Shown: in pieces, positions 1 to 10,531 of the stretch
Position numbering within the stretch: the first letter of the stretch is position 1
Layout: every line of letters starts with the position of its first letter
Assembly: GCA_963807455.1 (NCBI GenBank)
Contig: CAWECS010000015.1
Span: 53,424 to 117,423, forward strand
Direction: 5' to 3'
DNA: 64,000 nt
Source of the DNA: an uncultured Gammaproteobacteria bacterium
GTDB taxonomy: Bacteria; Pseudomonadota; Gammaproteobacteria; JAADHQ01
Position numbers and translations under genes: made by a program
The notes under the pieces: model-generated
What the model saw: only the letters and a program-made list of their open reading frames with translations
What the model was told of the DNA's origin: nothing
Database searches by the model: none

Positions 1-179
1 GCGATCACGTATATCGGCTACGGTTTTTTCATCCTCAGAAAAAAATCGATTTCTTGCTTGAGCCATAATTAAAAATCACAGTTTCTAATGTTGTCGTTTG
101 ATCTATTAAGGCGTGCAATCATGGCAACAGCCTTTTGATCTTTAATTGCATATGCCAGATGAAGCTGGCGGGTTATTCT

Positions 180-1106
180 TTAGGCAACATCCTGGCCATT
201 TTTTAAAGCACTGATATTGTCATTGAGATCACTCTCGCATCTGCCAAGTATATCGGATGCATTGATGCCTTTTTTCCATACAGATAAACCAAAACAGATG
301 GTGTCATTGTCATCCCACTGATTGATTATTTCTTTGAGCTTGTTAATCAGGGCAATCGAATCCGGGCGTTCTGTTTCAGGTAATATCACTGTAAATTGAT
401 TGTCAGCGGAGCGCGCAATCATGTCAGACCAGCGCAACTGGTCTTTCAATAAGCGACTTAATTTCAGCAGTTTTAATTTCATATCAGCGCTATCGCTATG
501 GATGCCAAGATCAAGCATGATGACTGATAGTGGTGTCTCGTAACGCCGACATCGCGAAACCTGTGATTCCAGTATTAATAACAAGGCACGCTTGGTCAGC
601 AGGCTGGTGTCCTGGTCAATCAATTGCAGTTGGCGCGCTTCTTCTTTGAGTCGCTGGTTTTCACTGTACAAATCCAGAACGGTTGTTATGTTGGTGAAAA
701 TATGAATTTCGCCTGACTGATCAGGTTCATTTATTTTATTATGTGTGAAGTGATAATGAGCCTCATCAGCTGATTTGATATCGACACTGCCGCTGGATTG
801 CAGCAATTGTGTCAGTACAGGGCTTATATTTTTGGCTGATTTATTAATTAACTGTGCTTGTTCTAGCCCCGTTAGTTGACATAACTCGTCACTGATATAG
901 GTAATATTGCCTGTTTCGTCCAGTCTCAATATGCTGCTGGAACAGCTCTCCAGAATTGACTGATTGGCAACGTTCATATTCTCCATGACCATAGTTACTT
1001 TCCTCATCGTGATTGGCCTGATCAGGCCGTCATTATTTTGACTTGTTTCCATATCAGCCACATATATCCATGTTTTTACTTTTATAAATGGGTTAGCGGT
1101 CGGCAA
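180..1106 (-). CDS. PAS-like sensor plus degenerate GGDEF-family domain protein, probably catalytically inactive
   Basis: The C-terminal ~160 aa follow the GGDEF-domain pattern (RRYETPLSVIMLDLG ... DMIARSADNQFTVILPET). The GG[DE]EF signature is replaced by ADNQF. The N-terminal half is PAS-like. The start codon is not resolved. Confidence 0.6.
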   Translation of the reverse strand: MPTANPFIKVKTWIYVADMETSQNNDGLIRPITMRKVTMVMENMNVANQSILESCSSSILRLDETGNITYISDELCQLTGLEQAQLINKSAKNISPVLTQLLQSSGSVDIKSADEAHYHFTHNKINEPDQSGEIHIFTNITTVLDLYSENQRLKEEARQLQLIDQDTSLLTKRALLLILESQVSRCRRYETPLSVIMLDLGIHSDSADMKLKLLKLSRLLKDQLRWSDMIARSADNQFTVILPETERPDSIALINKLKEIINQWDDNDTICFGLSVWKKGINASDILGRCESDLNDNISALKNGQDVA

Positions 1107-1186
1107 TGAGAATGCTTTAACAAAATATGATATGTGAATTGTTACTCAGTGCTTTCAGTACATGGCTTGAAGCTGCAAGGCAGAGA

Positions 1187-1552
1187 TTAGTGATGATCGT
1201 TGTATTCACTGGCGCGTTTGGCCTTGCCGTGCACACGCTCTACCGGGTACCTGGATTCATTTATTTTTATTTTTTCATTGGCTGCTTGAATGATATCTAT
1301 ATTGAGCTTGTCAGCGGTACGTATAAGAAAAATAAGGATGTCAGCCAATTCATGGCCGACAGCCTGTTTTTTTTCATCATTAATAGTGCGGCTTTGCTCT
1401 TCGCTAAGCCATTGAAAATGCTCCACCAGTTCGGCGGCCTCTGCGATCAAGGCCATGGAAAGATTTTTCGGTGAGTGGAATTGATCCCAATCGCGGACGC
1501 GTGCAAATTCGGCAAGCTGTTGACGTAAATTTTCAAGGCTATCTTTTTTCAT
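1187..1552 (-). CDS. MazG-type nucleotide pyrophosphohydrolase
   Basis: 121 aa with an all-alpha MazG pattern (RDWDQFHSPKNL..ALIAEAAELVEHFQW ... ELADILIFLIR). The antisense ORF 1127..1474 is judged spurious. Confidence 0.8.
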   Translation of the reverse strand: MKKDSLENLRQQLAEFARVRDWDQFHSPKNLSMALIAEAAELVEHFQWLSEEQSRTINDEKKQAVGHELADILIFLIRTADKLNIDIIQAANEKIKINESRYPVERVHGKAKRASEYNDHH

Positions 1553-1705
1553 ATAATATCCTGTAATTAATCAATGCTATATTGAGTCTATGGGATGGAA
1601 AAAATAACTTAATGTAAGCGCATACATGTCGCCATACTATATAGCATACTCTTTGATCGTAAAGTCATGATGATGTAACGGTTATTTAACAGTGATAGTT
1701 TTTAG

Positions 1706-4426
1706 ATGAATATAGAACAGAAGAGCACGTTATTTATTATTAGCTTGATCTTAGTGGTGCTTGGCAGTACGGCAACCATTGTGATTTTTCTGGCAATGGA
1801 TCATGTGAAAAAAGACAGCATGGAAGAACTGGATTCCGCATTCCAGCTACAGCAATCGTTATTGCAGCGGGAAAGTAAGGAGCTGTTAAAAAATAGCCGC
1901 TTTTTGTCTCAGCAACTCAGCGCACTCATTAAGAGCAAAAAAAATAATGCTGTTATGCGTGAGTTTATTAAAGAATCCAGAATAATAAATGGCAGTGATT
2001 TGTTGCTCATTAGTATCGAGCGGAATAAACAAATCCAAAGCATTGGTGAATCTTCTCGTGCCGTGTTGACTTCACAACGTGTTCTATCACTGAATGAATA
2101 TGAAACGGTATTCAAGCATGTTCGCAGTACGGGTGAGCCTGCCCGCGCCTACTTATTTGTTGATGATGCGGTGTTGAATGCCGTTGCTGTTCCTGTCTGG
2201 CACGATAAAGATCAAATGAGTGCGGTGTTGTTACAGGCTAATATAATTTCCAATCAGGATTTGATTAAATTAAAGGGTATTTACCGCAAACAAATAGAAA
2301 TTATGCTATTTGCTCCAAATATGGTTTTCAGTAATACCCAGGCAAATTTTTCCTATCAAGCAGAAATTATGGCAAACAATCAGCCGCAGGAAGAGCTGCG
2401 AACGATAGAGGTTAATCATAAAAAATACTATAGCAAGACCTATTCGTTGCCGGATAGTGTTTATAGCAAGCCTAGATTATTCATTATGTTGAGCTCAGCA
2501 GTGGCAGGGCAATTTTATGCCTATAGTAAATTATTTAAAAATACTGTGTATGCAGTAGTATTTGTTATCCTGTTGGCGGCTCTCGCAGGGATTAATATCA
2601 GCCGGTCATCGCTATCCAAACCCATCAAGGATCTCGCCAAAGTCAGTCATGCGATTGGCGAAGGCAGGTTTGATGTCAATATCAGGCATCAATGGCGCAA
2701 AGACGAACTCGGCGAGCTGGCTACGTCTTTCGACCAGATGCGTACAGATATTGTCGATGCGCAGCATCAGGAAAAACTGGTTCAGGGTAGAATTTCCGAT
2801 TTTGCTGAAGTGTCATCAGACTGGTTATGGGAAACTGATGCCAATGGGGTGTTTACCTATTTGTCGGCTTCGGTAAGCGAATCACTGGGTTATACGGTCG
2901 AGCAGATGCTGGGTGAACAAATGACGGATATTTTTGTGCACGATAATCTGATAGAAATTGCCATTTTATTTTCCAGTGAAGTGACCTCACACGTTGGCTT
3001 TAAAAACCTGGAAATCTGGCTTACCACCAAATCAGGCTATAGAATTTGTGTGCGTTTTAATGCCAGACCTTATTTCAGTGATGGCGAGTTCCAGGGTTAT
3101 CGGGGTACTGCCAGTGATATCACCAAATCCAAGAATGATGAAGAGAGGCTGCTACGCCTGGCCAACAAAGATCATTTAACAGGTTTACCCAATCGCGCGC
3201 GTTTCATGGAAGAGCTCGACAGAGAGATAAGGTTGGCAGAGAGACAGTTTACCAAGGGAGCTTTGCTGCTCATTGATCTGGACCATTTTAAACTGATTAA
3301 CGATACAGCGGGGCATGCTGCCGGTGATGAGGTTATTGTACAGTTTGCCGGTTTATTAAAGCGCCTGGCACGCAACGTCGATCTGGTCGCGCGTTTAAGT
3401 GGTGATGAATTTGTCATTGCGTTTGTTAACACGGATACTAAGCAACTGGACAAGCGTATAAATGATATTGTCAAAAAAATAAATCAGTTAAAGCCTATGT
3501 ATAGCGGCAAGGTGATGAATACCACCGCCAGTGTTGGCGTAGCCATTTTTCCTGATCATGCCAGTGATCCGGTGGAATTACTGGCCAAGGCGGACACCGC
3601 CATGTATATGGCCAAAAAAGCCGGTCGCAATCGTGCCAGAATGTATGAGCCCGGTGACATGCAGCAGGAAAAGATGGGATCGCAGCTGACCTGGAAAGAC
3701 CGTATTCATGATGCACTTGAGCATGAAATGCTGGTATTGGCCTTCCAGCCAATCAAGCCAACGACCGGTGAGCCAGCTTCTCGATATGAGGTGTTGGTGA
3801 GGATGCGCTCTAATGAAGAGGGGCAACACTATAACCCGGGTGATTTTATACCCACGGCCGAGCAATTTGGCCTGATTCGCGAAATAGATACCTGGGTTGT
3901 TAAAAAGGCGATAGGTGTGCTGGCCAGTTTGCCGAAAGAAAATTTGCACATATCTTTTACCGTGAATCTTTCCGGGTTATCGGTGGGTGAGCCGGATATG
4001 CTGAATCTGATAGAAGCAGAACTACTCAGGACCGGTGTGGACAGGAGTCGACTGATTTTTGAAGTGACCGAGAGTGCAGCTTTTCAGGACATAGGTCGTG
4101 CGATCGAATTTATTGATCGCATCAAAATATTGGGATGCAGGATTGCGCTGGATGATTTCGGTGTTGGTTTTTCATCGTTCTCTTACCTGAAACAATTGCA
4201 GGCCGACATTCTTAAAATCGATGGCAGCTTTATCAGAGATATCCATCGTAGTAAGGATGATCAATTATTTGTTAAAGCGCTAGTGGATGTCGCGCGTGGT
4301 ATGGGTATGATGACCGTGGCCGAATTTGTTGAGTCTGAGCAAGTTTATGATGTGGTTCGTGAACTCGGTGTTGACTACGTGCAAGGTTATTACATTGGCA
4401 AGCCCATTATTGGAAAATTCTCTTAA
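1706..4426 (+). CDS. Membrane sensor with HAMP-PAS-GGDEF-EAL domains (c-di-GMP cyclase/phosphodiesterase)
   Basis: 906 aa. It has an N-terminal TM, a periplasmic-type region and a second TM. GGDEF domain shown by RLSGDEFVIAF; EAL domain by EVTES, DDFGVGFSSFSYL and KIDGSF. Confidence 0.9.
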   Translation: MNIEQKSTLFIISLILVVLGSTATIVIFLAMDHVKKDSMEELDSAFQLQQSLLQRESKELLKNSRFLSQQLSALIKSKKNNAVMREFIKESRIINGSDLLLISIERNKQIQSIGESSRAVLTSQRVLSLNEYETVFKHVRSTGEPARAYLFVDDAVLNAVAVPVWHDKDQMSAVLLQANIISNQDLIKLKGIYRKQIEIMLFAPNMVFSNTQANFSYQAEIMANNQPQEELRTIEVNHKKYYSKTYSLPDSVYSKPRLFIMLSSAVAGQFYAYSKLFKNTVYAVVFVILLAALAGINISRSSLSKPIKDLAKVSHAIGEGRFDVNIRHQWRKDELGELATSFDQMRTDIVDAQHQEKLVQGRISDFAEVSSDWLWETDANGVFTYLSASVSESLGYTVEQMLGEQMTDIFVHDNLIEIAILFSSEVTSHVGFKNLEIWLTTKSGYRICVRFNARPYFSDGEFQGYRGTASDITKSKNDEERLLRLANKDHLTGLPNRARFMEELDREIRLAERQFTKGALLLIDLDHFKLINDTAGHAAGDEVIVQFAGLLKRLARNVDLVARLSGDEFVIAFVNTDTKQLDKRINDIVKKINQLKPMYSGKVMNTTASVGVAIFPDHASDPVELLAKADTAMYMAKKAGRNRARMYEPGDMQQEKMGSQLTWKDRIHDALEHEMLVLAFQPIKPTTGEPASRYEVLVRMRSNEEGQHYNPGDFIPTAEQFGLIREIDTWVVKKAIGVLASLPKENLHISFTVNLSGLSVGEPDMLNLIEAELLRTGVDRSRLIFEVTESAAFQDIGRAIEFIDRIKILGCRIALDDFGVGFSSFSYLKQLQADILKIDGSFIRDIHRSKDDQLFVKALVDVARGMGMMTVAEFVESEQVYDVVRELGVDYVQGYYIGKPIIGKFS

Positions 4427-4485
4427 CCCGAATCACAGGCATGCACAATCTCATGCTAACGCGCAGAGCGATGGTAAACAAGCTA

Positions 4486-5885
4486 TCAGTGTTGGCCCAG
4501 ATAAGTACGCGCTCTTTTAATCGCAGCCCTGACCTGTTCAGGTGCGGTACCGCCGAGGTGATTGCGCGATGAAACAGAACCTTCCAGTGTGAGTATGTCA
4601 AATACATCACTGTCTATCTGGCCTGAAAATCCTTGCAGTTCCTGCAAAGACATTTCCGACAAATCCTTGTTGCTTTCAACGCCAAATCGTACTGCCAGTC
4701 CGACGACTTCATGGGCATCACGGAACGGCAGGCCCTTACGAACCAGATAGTCGGCCAGATCAGTCGCAGTTGAAAAGCCACTACGTGCCGCCTGGTACAT
4801 ATTTTCTTTTTTTGCCTCCACTGCGGGCATCATGTCAGCGAAGCTGCGCACGCAACCCATAACGGTATCAACAGTGTCAAACAGGGGTTCCTTGTCTTCC
4901 TGGTTATCCTTGTTATAGGCAAGCGGTTGTGACTTCATCAGTGTCAGCAGAGTCATCAGGTTACCAAAGACACGACCACTTTTGCCACGTACCAGTTCGG
5001 GCACATCGGGATTTTTCTTTTGCGGCATGATCGACGAGCCAGTGCAAAAGCGATCGGGCAAATTCGATAAAATTAAATTGTGCTGATGCCCACAACACCA
5101 GCTCTTCCGAAAAGCGTGACAGGTGCGTCAGTAGAATGGCAGCAGCGGCATTGAATTCAATGGCAAAGTCGCGATCACTGACGGCATCCAGAGAGTTTTC
5201 ACTGGGTGCATCAAAACCAAGTTGATTGGCAGTGGACTGTCGATCAATAGGGTAGCTGGTGCCTGCCAGTGCGGCTGAACCCAGTGGCATGATATTCATG
5301 CGTTAGTCGGCAATCCTGCAGGCGACTACGGTCGCGTTTGAGCATTTCAAACCAGGCCATCATATGATGGCCGAAAGTGATGGGTTGCGCTACCTGTAAA
5401 TGTGTAAAGCCCGGCATGATGGTATCGGCTTCGCGTTCGGCCAGATCAAGCAAGGCCATTTTCAGGCGCAATAGTTCATCGAGAATAGCATCTATGGCAT
5501 CACGCATATACAAGCGGATGTCGGTGGCTACCTGATCATTTCGTGAGCGCCCCGTATGCAGTTTTTTACCGGCATCACCAATGCGTTTGGTCAGGTTTGC
5601 CTCGATATTCATGTGCACATCTTCCAGCGCCACCGACCAGTCAAAATTGCCCGCTTCAATGTCGGTTTTTATGCTCTCAAGGCCATTGGTAATCAGATCG
5701 CATTCCTGCTGGGTGAGGATACCTGTTTCGGTTAGCATGCGGGCATGGGCTATAGAGCCATTGATATCATAGCGATACAGTCGCTTGTCAAAGTCGACAG
5801 AAGCGGTGAATTTTTCAACAAACGCATCAGTGGGCTCGTTAAATCGTCCACTCCAGAGTTTGTCCTTGCTATTGTTTTCGCTCAT
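4486..5885 (-). pseudogene. argH: Argininosuccinate lyase interrupted by two frameshifts
   Basis: Three consecutive ORFs (5244..5885, 4961..5299, 4486..5061) together read as one full ArgH: [24 protein letters not shown], then [11 protein letters not shown], then [12 protein letters not shown]. The frame changes near 5298..5310 and at the A/T run 5057..5065. Confidence 0.85.
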
Positions 5886-6031
5886 GGGCTGCTATCCTGA
5901 TCAATTTGCATGCGATTATAACAGAAACCCCGATATTATCAGATAGTACTGTTAATTCGATTGCAAAATTAACTATTATAATGGTCTAGAATAATAAGCA
6001 GTGAAATCTGTTATCACAAGTACAGCTATCG

Positions 6032-7093
6032 ATGATAAAAAAAGACAAGCCTGAAAATAAAGCCCAAGCAACGATCTTTCTGCCGGATTTTTGTAGTATT
6101 GGTATGGTGTTCGCTGTGGTAGTGCTGGCTGAGTTAATGGCATTTGCTATCCTTTTGACCACACCTTACCCGCAAGCATTGAGTTGGGACAAGCTGGGTG
6201 TGCTGTCCTTGTTCATCCAATGGGTAGCATTAAGCAGTATTGGTCTGTTGTGTGTGTTGCGAAAATGGTTAATTCGGCTTTCTGATACTCTGGCAGGTAT
6301 TGTCAGCTACCTGATTGTACTGACTGTAACCTGGGTCGTGGCAGAATCAGCCTGGTGGGCGATGGTGTATACCGGTATGTCCGATAATGCTGCCATGCAT
6401 CTGGATTTTGTGCTTCGTGCTCTGGGTGTCAGTGCCATTCTCAGTGGTATCAGCCTGCGCGTTATCTATCTTCAATATCAACAGAAAATACATATCCAGG
6501 CACATGCTGATGCGCGCATACAGGCGCTGCAGGCGAGGATCAAACCGCACTTTTTATTTAACAGCATGAATACGATTGCAGCATTAATCCGCTCACAACC
6601 GCAGCATGCGGAGGAGGCCGTTGAGGATTTGTCTGATCTGTTTCGAGCCAGCCTGGGTAAGACCTCGCAACTAATCACTCTATCGGAAGAAGTACAGATG
6701 GCTGAACGTTATCTGCGCATTGAGCAGTTGCGGTTGGGCGACCGGCTGCAGGTAAAATGGGCGTTGCAGGCATTACCACAGCAGGCCTTGTTGCCAGTAC
6801 TGACTTTGCAGCCCTTGCTTGAAAATGCTATTTTTCACGGTATCGAAATGTTGCCGGGCGGTGGTGAAATCACTGTCACTGGATCGCGACAGGGCGACCT
6901 GTTGACGATAGTGATAGATAATCCATGTCTACCGCCGCAACAGTCAAAACCTAGTTCGGGTACGCAGACGGCAATGATAAATATCGATGAACGTTTACAT
7001 ATCGCCTTCGGCAAGCAAGCGGGTCTGAGCCTGCAAAGACAAGAGCAAAGCTGTCAGCTCAAGATCACTTTCCCATTGACGGAAAACGAATGA
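6032..7093 (+). CDS. algZ: LytS/AlgZ(FimS)-type sensor histidine kinase
   Basis: Multi-TM N-terminus and an H-box HFLFNSMNTIAALI typical of the LytS/AlgZ family. It has a 4-bp ATGA overlap with the downstream LytTR regulator. Synteny argH-algZ-algR-hemC-hemD matches Pseudomonas. Confidence 0.75.
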   Translation: MIKKDKPENKAQATIFLPDFCSIGMVFAVVVLAELMAFAILLTTPYPQALSWDKLGVLSLFIQWVALSSIGLLCVLRKWLIRLSDTLAGIVSYLIVLTVTWVVAESAWWAMVYTGMSDNAAMHLDFVLRALGVSAILSGISLRVIYLQYQQKIHIQAHADARIQALQARIKPHFLFNSMNTIAALIRSQPQHAEEAVEDLSDLFRASLGKTSQLITLSEEVQMAERYLRIEQLRLGDRLQVKWALQALPQQALLPVLTLQPLLENAIFHGIEMLPGGGEITVTGSRQGDLLTIVIDNPCLPPQQSKPSSGTQTAMINIDERLHIAFGKQAGLSLQRQEQSCQLKITFPLTENE

Positions 7094-7818
7094 AAATACT
7101 GATAACTGATGATGAATCTCTTGCACGTATTCGCTTGCGCACACTGGTGGAAGAGCTCGAACATACTGTTGTCGGCGAAGCCACGCAAGGTGAGCAAGCC
7201 TTGCAGTTATGTGAAACACTCGAACCTGATGTCATCTTGCTGGATATTCGTATGCCAGGTATGGGCGGTATTGAAACCGCGCGTCATTTAATGTTGCTGG
7301 ACAATCCGCCAGCAGTGATATTTACAACGGCATTTGATGAACATGCCTTACAGGCTTTTGAAACCAATGCAGTCGATTATTTGCTCAAGCCCATTCGCAA
7401 GGAAAAACTGGCACAATCCTTAAGCAAGGCCGGGAGTCTGAACCGGGTACAAATAGCGAACTTGAGTGAGCAGGAGCATGAAGTGCGCACGCATATCTGT
7501 GCACGTAGCCATAACAGCATCAGCTTGATGCCGGTGCCCAGCATCATTTATTTCATGGCTGACCAAAAGTATATTAGTGTAGTGTCCAGTGACAAAGAAG
7601 TGTTGATCGAGGATTCGCTGAAATCACTGGAGCAAGAATTTGACGGTTTGTTTACTCGCGTGCACCGTAATGCCCTGGTGGCAATTGGTCACATTGTATC
7701 GCTTGGAAAATCCAGTGATGGTGCGCATTACCTGGTATTGAAGGGTACGGACAAAACGCTGGATGTCAGCCGTCGGCATGTTCCCGCTGTGCGTAAATTG
7801 ATCAGGGATATGGGTTAA
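7090..7818 (+). CDS. algR: LytTR-family response regulator AlgR
   Basis: Receiver domain (ILITDDE ... DVILLDIRMPGMGG ... LLKP) plus a C-terminal LytTR DNA-binding domain. Positioned between algZ and hemC. Confidence 0.8.
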   Translation: MKILITDDESLARIRLRTLVEELEHTVVGEATQGEQALQLCETLEPDVILLDIRMPGMGGIETARHLMLLDNPPAVIFTTAFDEHALQAFETNAVDYLLKPIRKEKLAQSLSKAGSLNRVQIANLSEQEHEVRTHICARSHNSISLMPVPSIIYFMADQKYISVVSSDKEVLIEDSLKSLEQEFDGLFTRVHRNALVAIGHIVSLGKSSDGAHYLVLKGTDKTLDVSRRHVPAVRKLIRDMG

Positions 7819-7877
7819 TCAGGCTTGTCGTGCATACAGCACAAGAACACACAATAACCAGATCCTGCTGATAGTGT

Positions 7878-8408
7878 TTATTCAGGAGCAAGGTTTTTGG
7901 CGAGTCGTTTATCAGTGTCAGTCAATTGCTGGTGAGCCATATGAATAGCCTGATCGACAAGCCCACCAAACATCTCGACAGTATTGATGCCCAGAATGCG
8001 CTCGCTTAGTTCTTTTCCTTGGCTATCCAGAAATAACATGGTGGGGGTGACATAAACACCATATCGCTGAGCCAGGCTTTCCGCACTGATGCTCATACCA
8101 TTAAAATCGCGTAATCGGGTCTGCTCATCAATCATGATTTTATAAATAAGCACACGGTCCTGATAGTCGCCACTGAGTATCATCGGCTTGAGGATTTCAT
8201 TCTCTAACAGGTCGCAATAGCTACAATGCGTGGCTGAAAAAACCAGTAACACCGGCAGGCCTTTTGACTCCGCTGTTTTTGCTATCGCGGAAAAATCGGT
8301 GGCCATAGGCACCCTGGTCTGTGATGAGGATGAAACTGCAGCCGAGGTAAAAAACCCCAATGAAAGTAAGGCAAGAAAAAGCCCTAATATTTGTATTTGT
8401 CTCTTCAT
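7878..8408 (-). CDS. Secreted thioredoxin-fold protein (CxxC)
   Basis: Signal peptide MKRQIQILGLFLALLSLGFFTSA starting from the internal ATG at 8408. CSYC active-site motif in a thioredoxin-like context (LLVFSATHCSYCDLLE). Confidence 0.7.
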   Translation of the reverse strand: MKRQIQILGLFLALLSLGFFTSAAVSSSSQTRVPMATDFSAIAKTAESKGLPVLLVFSATHCSYCDLLENEILKPMILSGDYQDRVLIYKIMIDEQTRLRDFNGMSISAESLAQRYGVYVTPTMLFLDSQGKELSERILGINTVEMFGGLVDQAIHMAHQQLTDTDKRLAKNLAPE

Positions 8409-8610
8409 CTCTCCGATACGCCTATTATTTACAATTTTCTTATGGTTATAGAGCGGTTTTTTAACAACAAGTTGCACTAAAATGCATTAATATTGCCTTG
8501 TATTCTGTCATAATTTCAGCCGGTATGCACAGGCGTCACCAGCTGATCCAGAGAAAGCTGGCCGTTAATCATATAAGTAACTGTTAATATTATACTATTT
8601 AGGAAGTACA

Positions 8611-9546
8611 ATGAGCCTTGAATCCATCCGTATCGCCACTCGAAAAAGCCAACTTGCCCTCTGGCAAGCCGAATATGTTGGTAAACGCCTGCAGGAGTGT
8701 CATCCCGGCTTGAAAATTGAATTGGTGACGATGAGTACCCAGGGAGATCGAATATTGGATTCACCGCTGGCAAAAATTGGTGGTAAAGGTCTTTTTGTTA
8801 AGGAGTTGGAGCAGAGCATGTTGCGCAATGAAAGTGATATAGCTGTGCACTCGATGAAAGATGTGCCAGTTGAGTTACCGCATGGCTTATATATTCCGAC
8901 AATATTGGAGCGTGAAGATCCTCGTGATGCTTTTGTATCAAATGACTATGAATCGATCGAATCACTACCGCATGGCGCGATTGTAGGTACCTCGAGTTTA
9001 CGTCGTCGTTGCCAGATAGCCGAGACCAGACCCGATCTGGATATTCAGGAGCTGCGAGGCAATGTCAACACACGTCTGGCCAAACTGGATCAGGGTGACT
9101 ACCACGCTATTATTCTTGCCAGTGCAGGCTTGAAGCGACTGGATATGCAGGCGCGTATACGCGATACCATCTCACCACAAATCATGTTGCCGGCCATTGC
9201 ACAGGGTGCCATTGGCGTTGAGTGTCGTCAGGGTGATGCTGATGTGGAGGCACTGTTGGCCCCCTTGAATGATGCCAACACGCATACCCGCGTAAAGGCC
9301 GAGCGCGCCATGAATGCACGCTTGCAAGGGGGTTGTCAGGTACCGATAGGTGGTTATGCTGAAATTGAGCATGGTGTTATTGTCATTCGTGGTCTGGTGG
9401 GGCGACCTGATGGTAGTGAGATAGTGCATGGTGTGATCAGTGGACGACCAGAGGATGCCGAGGAGCTGGGTGATGTGCTCGGGCAGGATTTACTCTCCAG
9501 AGGGGCAGATGCTATTTTGCAGGAAGTATTTGCAGCCAATGAATAA
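8611..9546 (+). CDS. hemC: Porphobilinogen deaminase (hydroxymethylbilane synthase)
   Basis: 311 aa; [18 protein letters not shown] ... GDRILD ... [11 protein letters not shown] ... [18 protein letters not shown] lies upstream. Confidence 0.95.
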   Translation: MSLESIRIATRKSQLALWQAEYVGKRLQECHPGLKIELVTMSTQGDRILDSPLAKIGGKGLFVKELEQSMLRNESDIAVHSMKDVPVELPHGLYIPTILEREDPRDAFVSNDYESIESLPHGAIVGTSSLRRRCQIAETRPDLDIQELRGNVNTRLAKLDQGDYHAIILASAGLKRLDMQARIRDTISPQIMLPAIAQGAIGVECRQGDADVEALLAPLNDANTHTRVKAERAMNARLQGGCQVPIGGYAEIEHGVIVIRGLVGRPDGSEIVHGVISGRPEDAEELGDVLGQDLLSRGADAILQEVFAANE

Positions 9547-9568
9547 GCTTACTTGTTACTGATTTTGT

Positions 9569-10378
9569 ATGCAGGACGTTCAACACCCACAAGCAGACAA
9601 AGCACATGCCTTAAGCGGGTTTTCCGTTCTAGTGACGCGTCCACGTGATCAAGCGCATGCACTCTGTGAATTGATAGAAGCATCAGGAGGGCATGCGCTT
9701 CGTTTTCCAGTGATTGAGATCCTGCCAGCGCATAACATCTCAGAGAGTCAGCAGTTGATACAGCGGATATGTGATTTTGATCTGGCTATTTTTATCAGTG
9801 CCAATGCCGTTCACTTTGCCATGCAACAGTTTCCCAAGCCAGGCCAGCTGCCTCCGGCATTAACAATTTCTGCTATCGGCAAAGCAACCGCCGCCGCATT
9901 AAGCCAGTACGGTGTCAATATCGATATTTCGCCCGACACGGATTTTAATAGTGAGTCATTGTTATCGATGCCGCAAATGCAGGATTTGGCCGGTAAGAAA
10001 ATAATCTTATTCAAAGGCGAAGGCGGTCGGGAATTATTGGCCGAAACATTAGTGCAGCGCGGTGCCAAGGTCAGCCTGGCGATTGTTTATCGTCGAGCAT
10101 TACCAGATGTCGAGATAGATGATTTAATCCAGGCCTGGTCTAAAGGTGAAGTGAATGCAGTCACAGTGACCAGTCAGGAAGGTTTATATAACCTCAGCAG
10201 CATGCTGGGTGTAACAGGCAGGAAGTTATTGCAGCAAACGCCACTGGTAGTGATTAGCGAGCGCATGCTGGAAGTGACGCGTGAGCTGGGTATTGAGTCG
10301 CCAGTGATAATAGCAAAGCATGCAAGTGATAATGCTATCGTCGATGCACTGATCGTGTTGTCAAAAAAACAGAAATAA
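9569..10378 (+). CDS. hemD: Uroporphyrinogen-III synthase
   Basis: 269 aa HemD-like two-lobe pattern (VLVTRP ... IFISANAV ... LFKGEGGRELL). Lies immediately downstream of hemC. Confidence 0.8.
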   Translation: MQDVQHPQADKAHALSGFSVLVTRPRDQAHALCELIEASGGHALRFPVIEILPAHNISESQQLIQRICDFDLAIFISANAVHFAMQQFPKPGQLPPALTISAIGKATAAALSQYGVNIDISPDTDFNSESLLSMPQMQDLAGKKIILFKGEGGRELLAETLVQRGAKVSLAIVYRRALPDVEIDDLIQAWSKGEVNAVTVTSQEGLYNLSSMLGVTGRKLLQQTPLVVISERMLEVTRELGIESPVIIAKHASDNAIVDALIVLSKKQK

Positions 10379-10531
10379 ACAGGGCTTAAATGAAAGACGA
10401 AAATAAAATTGAGGAATCAAAACTACAAGCTATTGTGGCGCGTTCAGAATTAGATGCAGAGCAATCGATAGCAGAGAGTACTGATTTCCCACTGCTACGG
10501 CAATGGTTATAGTAAAAGGATTGTAGTAATT

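Noticed and set aside
1-66. Minus-strand ORF start (MAQARNRFFSEDEKTVADIRDR...) running off the left edge
   Set aside because: Only 22 codons are visible, with no RBS and no recognisable family.
1127-1474. 115-aa plus-strand ORF
   Set aside because: It lies entirely antisense to the well-supported MazG-like gene and has no motif.
10390-10512. 40-codon ORF after hemD as a truncated hemX
   Set aside because: It is too short and has no TM or HemX-like motif, so it cannot be supported. It is mentioned only as context.
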